Shown here: one piece after another, positions 30,693 through 39,809 of the stretch
Layout: each line of letters opens with the position of its first letter
Numbering within the stretch: position 1 is the stretch's first letter
DNA from: an uncultured Gemmatimonadales bacterium
GTDB taxonomy: Bacteria; Gemmatimonadota; Glassbacteria; GWA2-58-10
Assembly: GCA_964473155.1 (NCBI GenBank)
Contig: CAYYNT010000009.1
Coordinates: forward strand, 17,121-81,120
DNA: 64,000 bases
Reading direction: 5' to 3'
The notes under the pieces: model-generated
What the model was told of the DNA's origin: nothing
The model's database searches: none
Seen by the model: only the letters and a program-made list of their open reading frames with translations
Translations under genes and position numbers: made by a program

Positions 30693-31400
30693 ATGCACTT
30701 ACACGTTCGCGACGTCGCCCGGATACTGAGCGTCTCCGAGAAGACAGTCTACCGCTGGATCAGCCAGGGGGCCATCCCGGCCTACCGTGTGCAGGACCAG
30801 TACCGGATCCACCGCGCCGAACTTCTGGAATGGGTCACCCAGCGCAAGATCAAGGTTTCCGAGGAAATTTTCCAGGAGCCCGAGGCCGCCGGTGAGCAGC
30901 CAGGACTGGCCCCGGCGCTGGAAGCCGGCGGTGTTTTCTACCGGGTGGACGGACGCGACCGGGATTCCGTGCTGCGCGAGGTTGTCAACTCGATGCGTCT
31001 GCCGGATGGAGTCGACCGGGAATTTCTGTATCAGATAATCCTGGCCCGCGAAAACATGTGCTCCACGGCCGTGGGTGACGGTATCGCCATCCCGCATCCC
31101 AGAAGCCCGATGGTCCTGCACGTGGCCCGTCCCTCGATCACTCTGTGCTTCCTGGAGCATCCGGTCGATTTCAGCGCCATGGACATGCAGCCGGTGCGCG
31201 TGCTTTTCACCCTGGTCAGCCCGACTGTCCGCGGCCATCTGGCGATGCTTTCACGCCTCTCCTTTGCAATCCACGATCAAGGTTTCAGGCAGGTGATCCT
31301 CACTCCCGGCACCCGGGAGGAAATCCTCCGCGAATCGCGGAGACTGGACGAAATGTTAGACAAACGGGCGCCCGGCGGCGAGAAACGGAATGTTGTGTAA
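30693..31400 (+). CDS. Transcriptional regulator: N-terminal MerR/excisionase-type HTH (HTH_17) fused to a PTS EIIA type-2 (PtsN/EIIA-Ntr-like) domain
   Basis: The N-terminus VRDVARILSVSEKTVYRWISQGAIPAYRV is a helix-turn-helix. The C-terminal domain has GDGIAIPHP (the phosphorylatable His of EIIA-2/PtsN proteins). Its stop is immediately followed by the GTG start of the next gene. Confidence 0.6.
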   Translation: MHLHVRDVARILSVSEKTVYRWISQGAIPAYRVQDQYRIHRAELLEWVTQRKIKVSEEIFQEPEAAGEQPGLAPALEAGGVFYRVDGRDRDSVLREVVNSMRLPDGVDREFLYQIILARENMCSTAVGDGIAIPHPRSPMVLHVARPSITLCFLEHPVDFSAMDMQPVRVLFTLVSPTVRGHLAMLSRLSFAIHDQGFRQVILTPGTREEILRESRRLDEMLDKRAPGGEKRNVV

Positions 31401-33395
31401 GTGACTGGACTTCTTTTCGTATCTCTTGTCTTCCTTCTCGCCGGTGGCGTTCTGGCGCTTGTTTTCAGCCGTTCCAGACTCTGGCCGGCCTGCTTTGGAG
31501 TGACCGGCGCGGTGCTGGGCAGCCTGTCCGGTCTGGCCGGCTCGATCCAGGCCCTTGCTGATGGCGTGTTCTGGAATTACCGCCTGGCCTGGTCCCTGCC
31601 CGGCGGATCGCTTAATGTAGGGATGGATCCGCTGTCCGCGTTCTTTCTTTTCACCCTGTTTCTGCTCACCGGACTGACCTCCATTTTCGGCCATGGATAC
31701 CTGGCCGCCCATACCGGTCACAGGAACCCGGGCATTTCCTGGTTCTTTTTCAATCTGCTGGCCGCCAGCATGGCGGTCGTGTTCATGGCGCGCAATGCGC
31801 TGCTGTTCCTGATCGCCTGGGAAGTCATGGCTGTCAGCTCATTCTTTCTCGTCACTTTCGAGCACGAAAAACCTCAGGTTCGCGGGGCGGGGTTCTCTTA
31901 TCTGGTGGCGACTCACCTGGGAACAGCTTTCCTGCTGCTGTTTTTTGTCATTCTGGCCGGGCAGACCGGCTCATTTGATTTCGGGAGCCATGCCGCGGCC
32001 GGAGTGTCCAGCGCCGGACTGCTTTTCATTCTGGCCCTGGTGGGATTTGGCTCCAAATCCGGTATCGCGCCTTTCCATGTCTGGCTGCCCGAGGCGCATC
32101 CCTCGGCTCCCAGCCATGTTTCGGCACTGATGTCGGGAGTAATGATCAAGACCGGAATTTATGGCCTCCTGCGCGCGACTATCCTGCTTGGCCCGCCGCC
32201 TGCCTGGTGGGGCTGGTGCCTGGTCGGGATCGGCCTGAGTTCTGGTTTCCTCGGCGTGCTGTTCGCTCTGGTCCAGCACGACCTGAAGCGCCTTCTGGCC
32301 TATCACAGCGTGGAGAATATCGGAATCATTTTCCTCGGGTTGGGCCTGGGCATGCTGGGCTGGCAGGCAGGCATTATCCCCCTGGCAGTCGCCGGGTTTG
32401 CCGGAGCGCTGTTTCATGTGCTGAATCACGCTGTTTTCAAGGGCCTTCTGTTTCTGGACACTGGGGCAGTGTTGCAGGCTGCCGGCGGACGGGAACTGGA
32501 CAGCCTGGGCGGTCTTTACCGGAGGATGCCCTGGACCGGCCTGAGTTTTCTTGCCGGGGCGGTGGCTATCTCGGGGCTGCCGCCGCTCAACGGCTTTATC
32601 AGCGAGTTTCTGATTTTCCGGGCGGGTCTTTCGGGCACGATACTCCCTCTTGGGAGTGTAACGGTCCCGTCATTGCTTGTAATCGGCGGACTGGGACTTA
32701 TCGGAGGACTGGCCGCCGCCTGTTTCGCCAAATTCTTCGGCGTCGTTTTTCTGGGCGAGCCGCGCGGCGAGGACACTGATAAGGTTAAGGATCCCGGTCT
32801 TGCAATGCGTCTGCCGTTGCTTTTCCTGGCCCTCCTGTGTCTCGGTCTTGCCCTGGCCTCTCCCTGGCTGCTGCCTTTCCTTGGCCCGGTGATTTCTGTC
32901 CTGACCGGGTTCGGTCAGGCGGCCGTCAGCGATTCGCTGACAGCTTTCAGCGCTTTACTGGTCTATATCAGCGCGTTTTCCGGCGCAGTAGTTGTTCTGT
33001 CCGCCGTTATTTTCATCGCGCGGCGATGGCTGCTGGCCCGGAGAAAAGTCGATTCGGCGGTTACCTGGGACTGTGGTTATTCCGCACCCTCGCCGCGCAT
33101 GCAATATACCGGCTCGTCCTTTGTGCGTCCGCTCTCCGCTCTTTTCCAGCCTTTACTGGCGGTGCGCCAGGAATATACCGCCCCCGAGGGAGTATTCCCC
33201 AAAAGAACGAGCCATCTGACCACGCATGCCCGGGACCTGTTCCGCTCGTTTTTCTATGATCCGCTGTTTCGGCTGATCAGCCGGACAGCGGGACGGTTTC
33301 TCTGGCTTCAGCACGGGAACATTCATCTCTACATTCTATATATAGCGGCCACCCTGTTTCTTCTGCTGATCTGGAAACTGGGGGTGGGCCTGTGA
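31401..33395 (+). CDS. NuoL/MnhA/HyfB-like proton-pumping antiporter-type membrane subunit (EhrA-like)
   Basis: ~16 TM helices, with the ...WEVMAVSSFFLV... and ...FHVWLPEAHPSAPSHVSALMSGVMIKTGIYGLLR... signature of complex-I antiporter-like subunits. GTG start. Confidence 0.8.
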   Translation: MTGLLFVSLVFLLAGGVLALVFSRSRLWPACFGVTGAVLGSLSGLAGSIQALADGVFWNYRLAWSLPGGSLNVGMDPLSAFFLFTLFLLTGLTSIFGHGYLAAHTGHRNPGISWFFFNLLAASMAVVFMARNALLFLIAWEVMAVSSFFLVTFEHEKPQVRGAGFSYLVATHLGTAFLLLFFVILAGQTGSFDFGSHAAAGVSSAGLLFILALVGFGSKSGIAPFHVWLPEAHPSAPSHVSALMSGVMIKTGIYGLLRATILLGPPPAWWGWCLVGIGLSSGFLGVLFALVQHDLKRLLAYHSVENIGIIFLGLGLGMLGWQAGIIPLAVAGFAGALFHVLNHAVFKGLLFLDTGAVLQAAGGRELDSLGGLYRRMPWTGLSFLAGAVAISGLPPLNGFISEFLIFRAGLSGTILPLGSVTVPSLLVIGGLGLIGGLAAACFAKFFGVVFLGEPRGEDTDKVKDPGLAMRLPLLFLALLCLGLALASPWLLPFLGPVISVLTGFGQAAVSDSLTAFSALLVYISAFSGAVVVLSAVIFIARRWLLARRKVDSAVTWDCGYSAPSPRMQYTGSSFVRPLSALFQPLLAVRQEYTAPEGVFPKRTSHLTTHARDLFRSFFYDPLFRLISRTAGRFLWLQHGNIHLYILYIAATLFLLLIWKLGVGL

Positions 33396-34300
33396 GAGTG
33401 AGCGGACTGGTCAGCCTTGTCATGGCCCTGGTTTTCAGCCCTCTGCTGATCGGAATAATCAATCGGGTCAAAGCCTTTTTCGCCGGACGGAGGGGCTTGC
33501 CGCTGCTGCAACTTTACCGCGACCTGGCCAAACTTCTTCGCAAAGGCGCGGTCTACAGCCGGACATCCACCTGGATTCTGCGTGCAGGCCCGGCCGCGGG
33601 GCTGATCTGCATAATGGCGGCAGCGGCCCTGACTCCTTTCGGCGGACGCTCCCTGTTCGGTTTCGAGGGCGACCTGGTCCTGTTCGCCGGGCTGCTCGCG
33701 CTGATGCGCTTCAGCACGGTGCTTGCCGCTCTGGACACCGGCTCCAGTTTCGAGGGAATGGGGGCGAGCCGGGAAATGCATTTTTCGGTGCTGGCCGAAC
33801 CGGCGCTCCTGCTTGGCCTGACTGTCCTGGCCACGGGGACCGGTTGTATTTCGCTCGGTGCGATATACAGCCGGCTGGGGATGGAGTTATGGCTCAAAGC
33901 CGCTCCGGCGCTGGTTCTGACAATCCTTGCCTTTTCCGTGGTCTTTCTGACTGAAAACGCGCGAATCCCGGTCGATGACCCCAACACGCACCTGGAACTG
34001 ACCATGATTCACGAAGTGATGGTGCTGGACCACTCAGGCCCCGATCTGGCGATCATCCAGTATGCCGCCGCCCTCAAGCTCTGGGTGCTGGGATGCCTGA
34101 TAGTGGGCATTCTGGCCCCGCTGCACAGCGGGATGTTGTGGCTGGACTGCCTGGTTTCTCTTGGCGGTTTGATGCTGTTAGCCGTGGGAGTGGGAGTGGT
34201 CGAATCATCCATGGCCCGGCTGCGCCTGATCAACGTTCCCCGTCTGCTGCTGGGGGCGATTGTTTTCAACGTACTCGCGCTGATTCTTATTCTTAAGTAA
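33392..34300 (+). CDS. NuoH/HycD/HyfC-like membrane subunit (EhrB-like)
   Basis: The N-terminal R(R)GLPLLQLYRDL..KLL.K matches the RxGP..(L)Q..AD..K motif of NuoH/HycD. Eight predicted TM helices. The GTGA overlap with the upstream stop suggests coupling. Confidence 0.7.
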   Translation: MRVSGLVSLVMALVFSPLLIGIINRVKAFFAGRRGLPLLQLYRDLAKLLRKGAVYSRTSTWILRAGPAAGLICIMAAAALTPFGGRSLFGFEGDLVLFAGLLALMRFSTVLAALDTGSSFEGMGASREMHFSVLAEPALLLGLTVLATGTGCISLGAIYSRLGMELWLKAAPALVLTILAFSVVFLTENARIPVDDPNTHLELTMIHEVMVLDHSGPDLAIIQYAAALKLWVLGCLIVGILAPLHSGMLWLDCLVSLGGLMLLAVGVGVVESSMARLRLINVPRLLLGAIVFNVLALILILK

Positions 34301-34312
34301 GAGGCGGCTGAC

Positions 34313-34957
34313 ATGCTTGTCCTGCTGGATTCCGTCATAGTGCTGGTTCTGGTGACCGACCTCCTTCTGCTCTCCTCGAGCCGGCTTAACTACTGCATAC
34401 GCATAGTAGCGTTCCAGGGGGCGCTGGTGGGCCTTCTCCCGCTGTTGCTGCATTTCAGCGAGATAGCAGTGCAGGTGCTGCTGATATCACTGGCCGGGAT
34501 AGTTCTCAAACTGCTCGTATTCCCCTGGCTGCTGCTGCGAGCCATGCGCGGCGCGGATGTCAGGAGGGAAATAGAACCCTACGTTGGCTATTCGCTGTCT
34601 CTGCTGGCGGGAGTGGGGATGCTGATCGCCGCGTTCTGGATCGGCTCCCGGTTACCTCTGACTATTGCCGGACTGCAGCCCTCAGTGATTCCGATGGCCT
34701 TTTTCAACATTTTCACCGGTCTTTTTCTGCTGATCAGCCGCAGAAAAGCCCTCACTCAGGTGCTGGGTTACCTGGTGATGGAGAACGGAATCTACATTTT
34801 CGGCGCCGTCGTAGTCGTCGAGGCCCCGCTGATGGTGGAGTTGGGCATTCTGCTGGATGTTTTCATGCTCGTTTTCGTCCTGGGCATCATTCTGTTTCAT
34901 ATCAGCCGGGATTTCGACCATCTGGACATCGACCGTCTCAGTGCGCTGAAAGACTGA
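34313..34957 (+). CDS. HyfE-like small membrane subunit (EhrC-like)
   Basis: ~214-aa hydrophobic protein with 6-7 TM helices, with the size and position of HyfE/MbhE-type subunits. Confidence 0.55.
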   Translation: MLVLLDSVIVLVLVTDLLLLSSSRLNYCIRIVAFQGALVGLLPLLLHFSEIAVQVLLISLAGIVLKLLVFPWLLLRAMRGADVRREIEPYVGYSLSLLAGVGMLIAAFWIGSRLPLTIAGLQPSVIPMAFFNIFTGLFLLISRRKALTQVLGYLVMENGIYIFGAVVVVEAPLMVELGILLDVFMLVFVLGIILFHISRDFDHLDIDRLSALKD

Positions 34958-35014
34958 GATAGTGAAAACGCTACGGCCGGTCACACACCGGACAGAATAC
35001 TGGAAAGCTGAACC

Positions 35015-36490
35015 ATGTTGATTGCCTTCTTTATATTGCCAGCCCTGGCAGGACTGCTGGCTCTCGTCATACACAACGATTCACTGCGGCGGGCGCTTCT
35101 GCTGTCTGTTGCAGGTATCCATCTGGCGCTGACCGCAACAGCCTGGTTCAAGCCACCTGTGTCTTCGCCGGTCGAGTATCTGAGTCTTGATCCGCTGGGT
35201 CTTCTTTTTCTGAGTATCCTGAGCTTGCTTTTTCTTTTTTCAGCTATCTATGCCAGTGGATATCTGAAAAGGGAAAGTGATTCGAACCAGCCCGACATTT
35301 TAGAGGGCACCTTTTTCGCGCGCTCCCAGGAAGCCGTATTCACCTGCTGTATGATGGAATTCCTGGCCACGATGTCCCTGGTGACGCTCTGCCAGCATTT
35401 CGGCCTTCTCTGGGTGGCGGTTGAGGCGACCACGCTGGTAAGCGCGCCCCTGATATATTATCACCGCAATCATCGCTCCCTCGAAGCGACCTGGAAGTAT
35501 CTGATTCTATGCTCGGTGGGCATCGCAATCGCCCTTCTCGGGAATTTTTTCCTGGCGGTCGCGGCCTCGGGCCATGAAGGGCATGAAACGCCTCTGGTGC
35601 TGAGACACCTGGTGCTGAGGGCCGGGGAATTGCATCCCCAATGGCTTAAAGGCGCTTTTTTGCTTCTTCTGGTGGGCTATGGGACCAAGATGGGCCTGGC
35701 CCCTATGCACTCCTGGCTGCCCGACGCCCACAGCGAATCGCCATCGTTCGTTTCGATGCTCCTTTCGGGCGCGCTCCTGAATTGCGCTTTCCTGGGCCTT
35801 CTGCGAATCTTCCAGGTCTGCAACGCCGCCGGGCTGGGTCAGTTCGCCCGCGAACTGATGGTCCTTTTCGGCTTCGTTTCTCTGGCCACGGCCGCCGTAT
35901 TCATCATACGCCAGACTGATTATAAGCGCATGCTGGCTTATTCCAGCGTGGAACACATGGGAATTCTGTGTCTTGGCGTGGGATTCGGCGGCGCGGGAGT
36001 GTTCGGAGCGCTGCTGCACGCGGTCAACCATTCTCTTACCAAGGGCATGCTTTTCCTTGTCGCGGGCAACCTTCTGAGCGCTTACAAGACGCGTAATATC
36101 GGCGAGGTCAGGGGGGCGCTGAATGTCCTGCCTGTTTCCGGGGCCTTGTGGCTGGCCGGGTTCCTGGCGATCACCGGGACTCCGCCATTCGGTCTGTTCA
36201 TCAGCGAATTCACTATCCTGCGCTCCCTGGTTGACGCGGGCAGCCTGGCTGCGGCAGGCGGTTACCTGCTCCTTCTGGGGATCATATTTGCCGGTATGGC
36301 CAATATCATGCTCAACATGTCGCAGGGAAAAAACGAGCGTGAAATGTCCCCCGCCTTGAGGGCCGAAGCCTCCAGTTCGGTTATCCCTCCGCTGTGCCTG
36401 GGAGCGCTGACTTTGATACTGGGCCTGTATCAGCCCGCTATGCTCGCAGAAAAACTTCAACAGGCAGCCCGTCTGCTGGGAGGGTTCTGA
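35015..36490 (+). CDS. NuoM/NuoN/HyfF-like antiporter-type membrane subunit (EhrD-like)
   Basis: ...MGLAPMHSWLPDAHSESPSFVSMLLSGALLNCAFLGLLR... and ...YSSVEHMGIL... are the conserved proton-pumping subunit core motifs. Confidence 0.8.
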   Translation: MLIAFFILPALAGLLALVIHNDSLRRALLLSVAGIHLALTATAWFKPPVSSPVEYLSLDPLGLLFLSILSLLFLFSAIYASGYLKRESDSNQPDILEGTFFARSQEAVFTCCMMEFLATMSLVTLCQHFGLLWVAVEATTLVSAPLIYYHRNHRSLEATWKYLILCSVGIAIALLGNFFLAVAASGHEGHETPLVLRHLVLRAGELHPQWLKGAFLLLLVGYGTKMGLAPMHSWLPDAHSESPSFVSMLLSGALLNCAFLGLLRIFQVCNAAGLGQFARELMVLFGFVSLATAAVFIIRQTDYKRMLAYSSVEHMGILCLGVGFGGAGVFGALLHAVNHSLTKGMLFLVAGNLLSAYKTRNIGEVRGALNVLPVSGALWLAGFLAITGTPPFGLFISEFTILRSLVDAGSLAAAGGYLLLLGIIFAGMANIMLNMSQGKNEREMSPALRAEASSSVIPPLCLGALTLILGLYQPAMLAEKLQQAARLLGGF

Positions 36491-38010
36491 TGAGTTTTGC
36501 GGACTGCGCGAGGCTGATGAACGGCCAGGCTGTCGCCTGCTCCTCGATCCCGGAATGCGGGATAGAAGATTTCCGCGAGGCGGTGCTGGTGGATATCGAA
36601 AGCGGGGCGCATCTCAGCGCCTTTTTCGGACAGGGCCGGCCGGACGGTAAAGTAAAGCTTTGGGCGGTTCTGGCCTGTCCCTCCCAAGGCGACCTGGCGG
36701 TCTATACCACCTGCGCCGGACAATCCTGGCCCTCACTGACGCCGGACTGTCCGCAGGCTCATCTGTTCGAGCGCGAGCTGTTCGAGCAGTGGGGAATAGT
36801 CCCGGAGGGCCATCCCTGGCTGAAACCTGTGCGGTTCCAGGCGCCATTCCGTAAACCGGACAGTCTGCCCGAAACCTGCAAAGCCCCGGAAATCGGAACG
36901 GATTACCAGTTTTTCCGTGTCGAGGGCGAGGAGGTGCACGAGGTGGCGGTGGGTCCGGTGCACGCCGGAATCATCGAGCCGGGCCACTTCCGCTTCCAGT
37001 GCAGCGGGGAGGAAGTGCTGCACCTGGAAATCGCACTGGGATACCAGCACCGGGGCGTCGAGCGTGCCATGCGCGGCGGGCCGGACAGGCGTTCGATACA
37101 TTATATGGAAACACTCGCGGGCGATACCACCGTGGGCCATGCCACGGCTTACTGCCAGACCCTGGAGGCGCTCTGCGGAACACGTCTCGGCGTCCGCGCG
37201 CAGACTCTGCGCGCCATAGCCCTGGAACTGGAGCGTATGGCAAACCACATCGGGGATCTGGGGGCGCTGGCCGGCGATGTGGGTTACTTGCCCACGGCGT
37301 CCTATTGCGGCCGCCTGCGCGGCGATGTCCTCAATCTGACAGCCCTGGTCTGTGGAAGCCGTTTCGGACGCGGCTGGATCAGGCCCGGCGGATCGGGGTT
37401 CGACATCGAGCCGCCGATGGCGGAGAAAATCGCCGCCCGCCTGAGAGAAATAATGAAAGACCTCGATGGAGCGGTAAAACTGCTCTGGAACACCCCCTCG
37501 GTGATGGCCCGTTTCGAGAAGATCGGTGTGCTGACTCCCGCCGTAGGAGAAGAGCTGGGGCTGGTCGGACCGGCGGCCCGGGCCTGCGGATTGTCGAGGG
37601 ATGTAAGGTTCGAGTTTCCGGCAGGCAAATACCGTTTCTCCCAGATACCGCTTTCCACCTGGTCCACCGGGGATGTGTTCGCCAGGGCCTGGGTGCGCTG
37701 GCTTGAGCTTCAGAGTTCGGCCGAGTTCATCCTGACGGAGCTTGGTTCGCTGCAGCCCGAGCCTGCGCTCAGGGAACCGGGCGTCCCGGCCCCGTTGTCA
37801 CTGGCGGTCTCGCTTGTCGAGGGCTGGCGCGGTGAAATATGCCACGTGGCCATTACCGATGAGCAGGGACGTTTCTCCAGCTACAAGGTGGCCGATCCGT
37901 CTTTCCATAACTGGACAGGGCTGGCGCTGGCCATGCGGGGCGGACAGATATCGGATTTCCCCTTATGCAACAAGAGTTTCAACCTGTCCTATTGCGGGCA
38001 CGATCTCTGA
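36490..38010 (+). CDS. NuoC-NuoD fusion-like large subunit (HycE/EchE-like) lacking the [NiFe]-binding cysteine motifs (EhrL-like)
   Basis: The N-terminal ~170 aa are NuoC-like. They are followed by GPVHAGIIEPGHFRF...LHLEIALGYQHRGVE (the NuoD / NiFe large-subunit core). Where group-4 hydrogenases have RxCGxC, this protein has ETLAGDTT. The C-terminus has DFPLCNKSFNLSYCGH instead of DPCxxC. The ATG overlaps the upstream stop (TGATG). Confidence 0.7.
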   Translation: MSFADCARLMNGQAVACSSIPECGIEDFREAVLVDIESGAHLSAFFGQGRPDGKVKLWAVLACPSQGDLAVYTTCAGQSWPSLTPDCPQAHLFERELFEQWGIVPEGHPWLKPVRFQAPFRKPDSLPETCKAPEIGTDYQFFRVEGEEVHEVAVGPVHAGIIEPGHFRFQCSGEEVLHLEIALGYQHRGVERAMRGGPDRRSIHYMETLAGDTTVGHATAYCQTLEALCGTRLGVRAQTLRAIALELERMANHIGDLGALAGDVGYLPTASYCGRLRGDVLNLTALVCGSRFGRGWIRPGGSGFDIEPPMAEKIAARLREIMKDLDGAVKLLWNTPSVMARFEKIGVLTPAVGEELGLVGPAARACGLSRDVRFEFPAGKYRFSQIPLSTWSTGDVFARAWVRWLELQSSAEFILTELGSLQPEPALREPGVPAPLSLAVSLVEGWRGEICHVAITDEQGRFSSYKVADPSFHNWTGLALAMRGGQISDFPLCNKSFNLSYCGHDL

Positions 38011-38019
38011 GGACGACAG

Positions 38020-38778
38020 ATGTTCAAGGTGCTGTTCGAAAGATTAAGCCAGGGACACCGGCGTTTCCCGTTCCTGAAAAAAACTCCGGTGCTGCCGGAG
38101 CGTTTCCGGGGCCTTCCGGCGCTTAATGCCGCTAAGGGTGAAGAATGCGGCGAAGCCCTCACCCAAGCCTGTCCGTACGGCGCCATTTCCGGCAAAGGGG
38201 AAACTCTTGCGATCGATCTGGGACGCTGCCTGTTCTGCGCGGATTGCAAGGCGGCCTGTCCCGGAGGAGCGGTTGAATTCAGCAACGATTACCGTCTGGC
38301 CGTGCGCCGGCGGGCAGACCTTGTGCTGCGCGATAATTGCCTTCATCTGGCCGAGGCGCTGGACAAAAAAGCCCGGAGCCTGTTCGGCCGCTCTCTGACA
38401 TTGAGACAGGTGAGCGCCGGAGGCTGCAACGCCTGCGAGGCGGATGTCAACGTGCTCAACACCCTGACTTACGATCTGGCCAGTTACGGCATACAGTTCG
38501 CCGCCTCACCCCGTCATGCGGATGGCCTCCTGGTGACTGGGCCGGTCACGGCCAATATGCGGCTGGCCCTGGAAAAAACCTGGCAGGCCGTGCCGGACCC
38601 GAAGATCGTGATCGCGGCCGGAGCCTGCGCCATCTCCGGCGGACCATACCGCGATCACCCGGAAACAGCGAACGGAGTCGATTCCGTATTGCCGGTCGAT
38701 CTTTACATCCCCGGCTGCCCGCCCCACCCCTGGACAATCCTGGACGGCCTTCTGCGCCTGCTGGGGCGGATACGCTGA
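38020..38778 (+). CDS. NuoB-like small subunit with N-terminal ferredoxin-like 4Fe-4S extension (EhrS-like)
   Basis: The N-terminus has CLFCADCKAACP (CxxCxxCxxxCP) plus a degenerate second motif. The C-terminal part has NuoB motifs: GGCNAC, FAASPRHADGLLVTGPVT, IAAGACAISGGPY and IPGCPP. That gives four Cys for a proximal cluster, but CxxC replaces the usual CC pair. Confidence 0.7.
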   Translation: MFKVLFERLSQGHRRFPFLKKTPVLPERFRGLPALNAAKGEECGEALTQACPYGAISGKGETLAIDLGRCLFCADCKAACPGGAVEFSNDYRLAVRRRADLVLRDNCLHLAEALDKKARSLFGRSLTLRQVSAGGCNACEADVNVLNTLTYDLASYGIQFAASPRHADGLLVTGPVTANMRLALEKTWQAVPDPKIVIAAGACAISGGPYRDHPETANGVDSVLPVDLYIPGCPPHPWTILDGLLRLLGRIR

Positions 38779-38783
38779 GAGGA

Positions 38784-39764
38784 TTATCGATATTGTTTCT
38801 GTTTTAACTGATCTATACCCACGGCGGTGATTATAATCGCCCCGATAACGATATTCTGGACGTAATTCTCCACCCCCACCGCCTGGCAGCCGCTACGCAG
38901 GATCGAGATAACCAGCGCGCCCAGCACCGAGCCGATCACGCTCCCCTCCCCGCCGTTGAACGAGCCGCCGCCGATCACCACCGCGGCTATAATGTCAAGC
39001 TCCAGGCCGATCGCACCCGTCGGATCGCCCAGGTTGAGCGCCGAGAATGACATCACGCTGGACACCCCGGCCAGCAGCCCCCCCAGCGTATAGACCCATA
39101 CACGATGACTTTTCACCTTGACACCGCACAGGCGCGCCGTGGCCTCATTGGAGCCGACAGCATAGACATGCCGCCCGAACACGGTATAGCGCAGCACGAT
39201 ATACATCACCGCCAGCAGGGCTAACATCAGCCAGACCGCCGGGGCCACCGAATACCAGACATCCATGCGCGGCTCCACGGTCATCATTCCGTTCAGCCAG
39301 CTCGATGGCGTGTTGACAGTGGTCTGATGGGAAAGGCCCTTTGCCGCGCCCCGGGCTATCTGCATCATACCCAGGGTGACTATGAACGGCACGACCCGCA
39401 GATAGGCGATCATCAGCCCATTCAGCAGGCCGCAGAACGTGCAGACCAGGATTCCGGCCATGGCGGCGGCCAGCGGTAGCCAGATTCCCGGACTGTCCGC
39501 GCCCCAGCGGCGCAGCACAAGGGCGGTGACAACTGTCCCCAGCGCCACGAGCGAACCGGCGCTCAAATCTATCCCGGCGCTGATTATTATCACGGTCATG
39601 CCCAGAGCGGCGACACCGATTATCACGGTCTGGGTCAGGATAGTCTTGGTGTTGTACAGGGAATGAAACGTGTCCGGCGCGATGAAAAAGAACATCAGAT
39701 AAGTGAAAGTCAATCCGAGCAGCGGTCCAGAAAGGCCAAACAGTTTTCCGATCCTTTCGCGCAT
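38784..39764 (-). CDS. Sugar ABC transporter permease (RbsC/BPD_transp_2 family)
   Basis: ~10 TM helices, with a conserved ...GGVDLS.GS... type loop and overall ribose/xylose-type permease hydrophobicity pattern. Confidence 0.7.
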   Translation of the reverse strand: MRERIGKLFGLSGPLLGLTFTYLMFFFIAPDTFHSLYNTKTILTQTVIIGVAALGMTVIIISAGIDLSAGSLVALGTVVTALVLRRWGADSPGIWLPLAAAMAGILVCTFCGLLNGLMIAYLRVVPFIVTLGMMQIARGAAKGLSHQTTVNTPSSWLNGMMTVEPRMDVWYSVAPAVWLMLALLAVMYIVLRYTVFGRHVYAVGSNEATARLCGVKVKSHRVWVYTLGGLLAGVSSVMSFSALNLGDPTGAIGLELDIIAAVVIGGGSFNGGEGSVIGSVLGALVISILRSGCQAVGVENYVQNIVIGAIIITAVGIDQLKQKQYR

Positions 39765-39809
39765 GGCTTTTCAGTCTCCCGGTGATGTTGTTCGTGCACT
39801 TTCCAACTG

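Noticed and set aside
36394-36489. Upstream extension of the NuoCD-like ORF
   Set aside because: It would overlap the hyfF-like gene by 96 nt. An ATG overlapping the upstream stop (TGATG) at 36490 gives a canonical coupled start.
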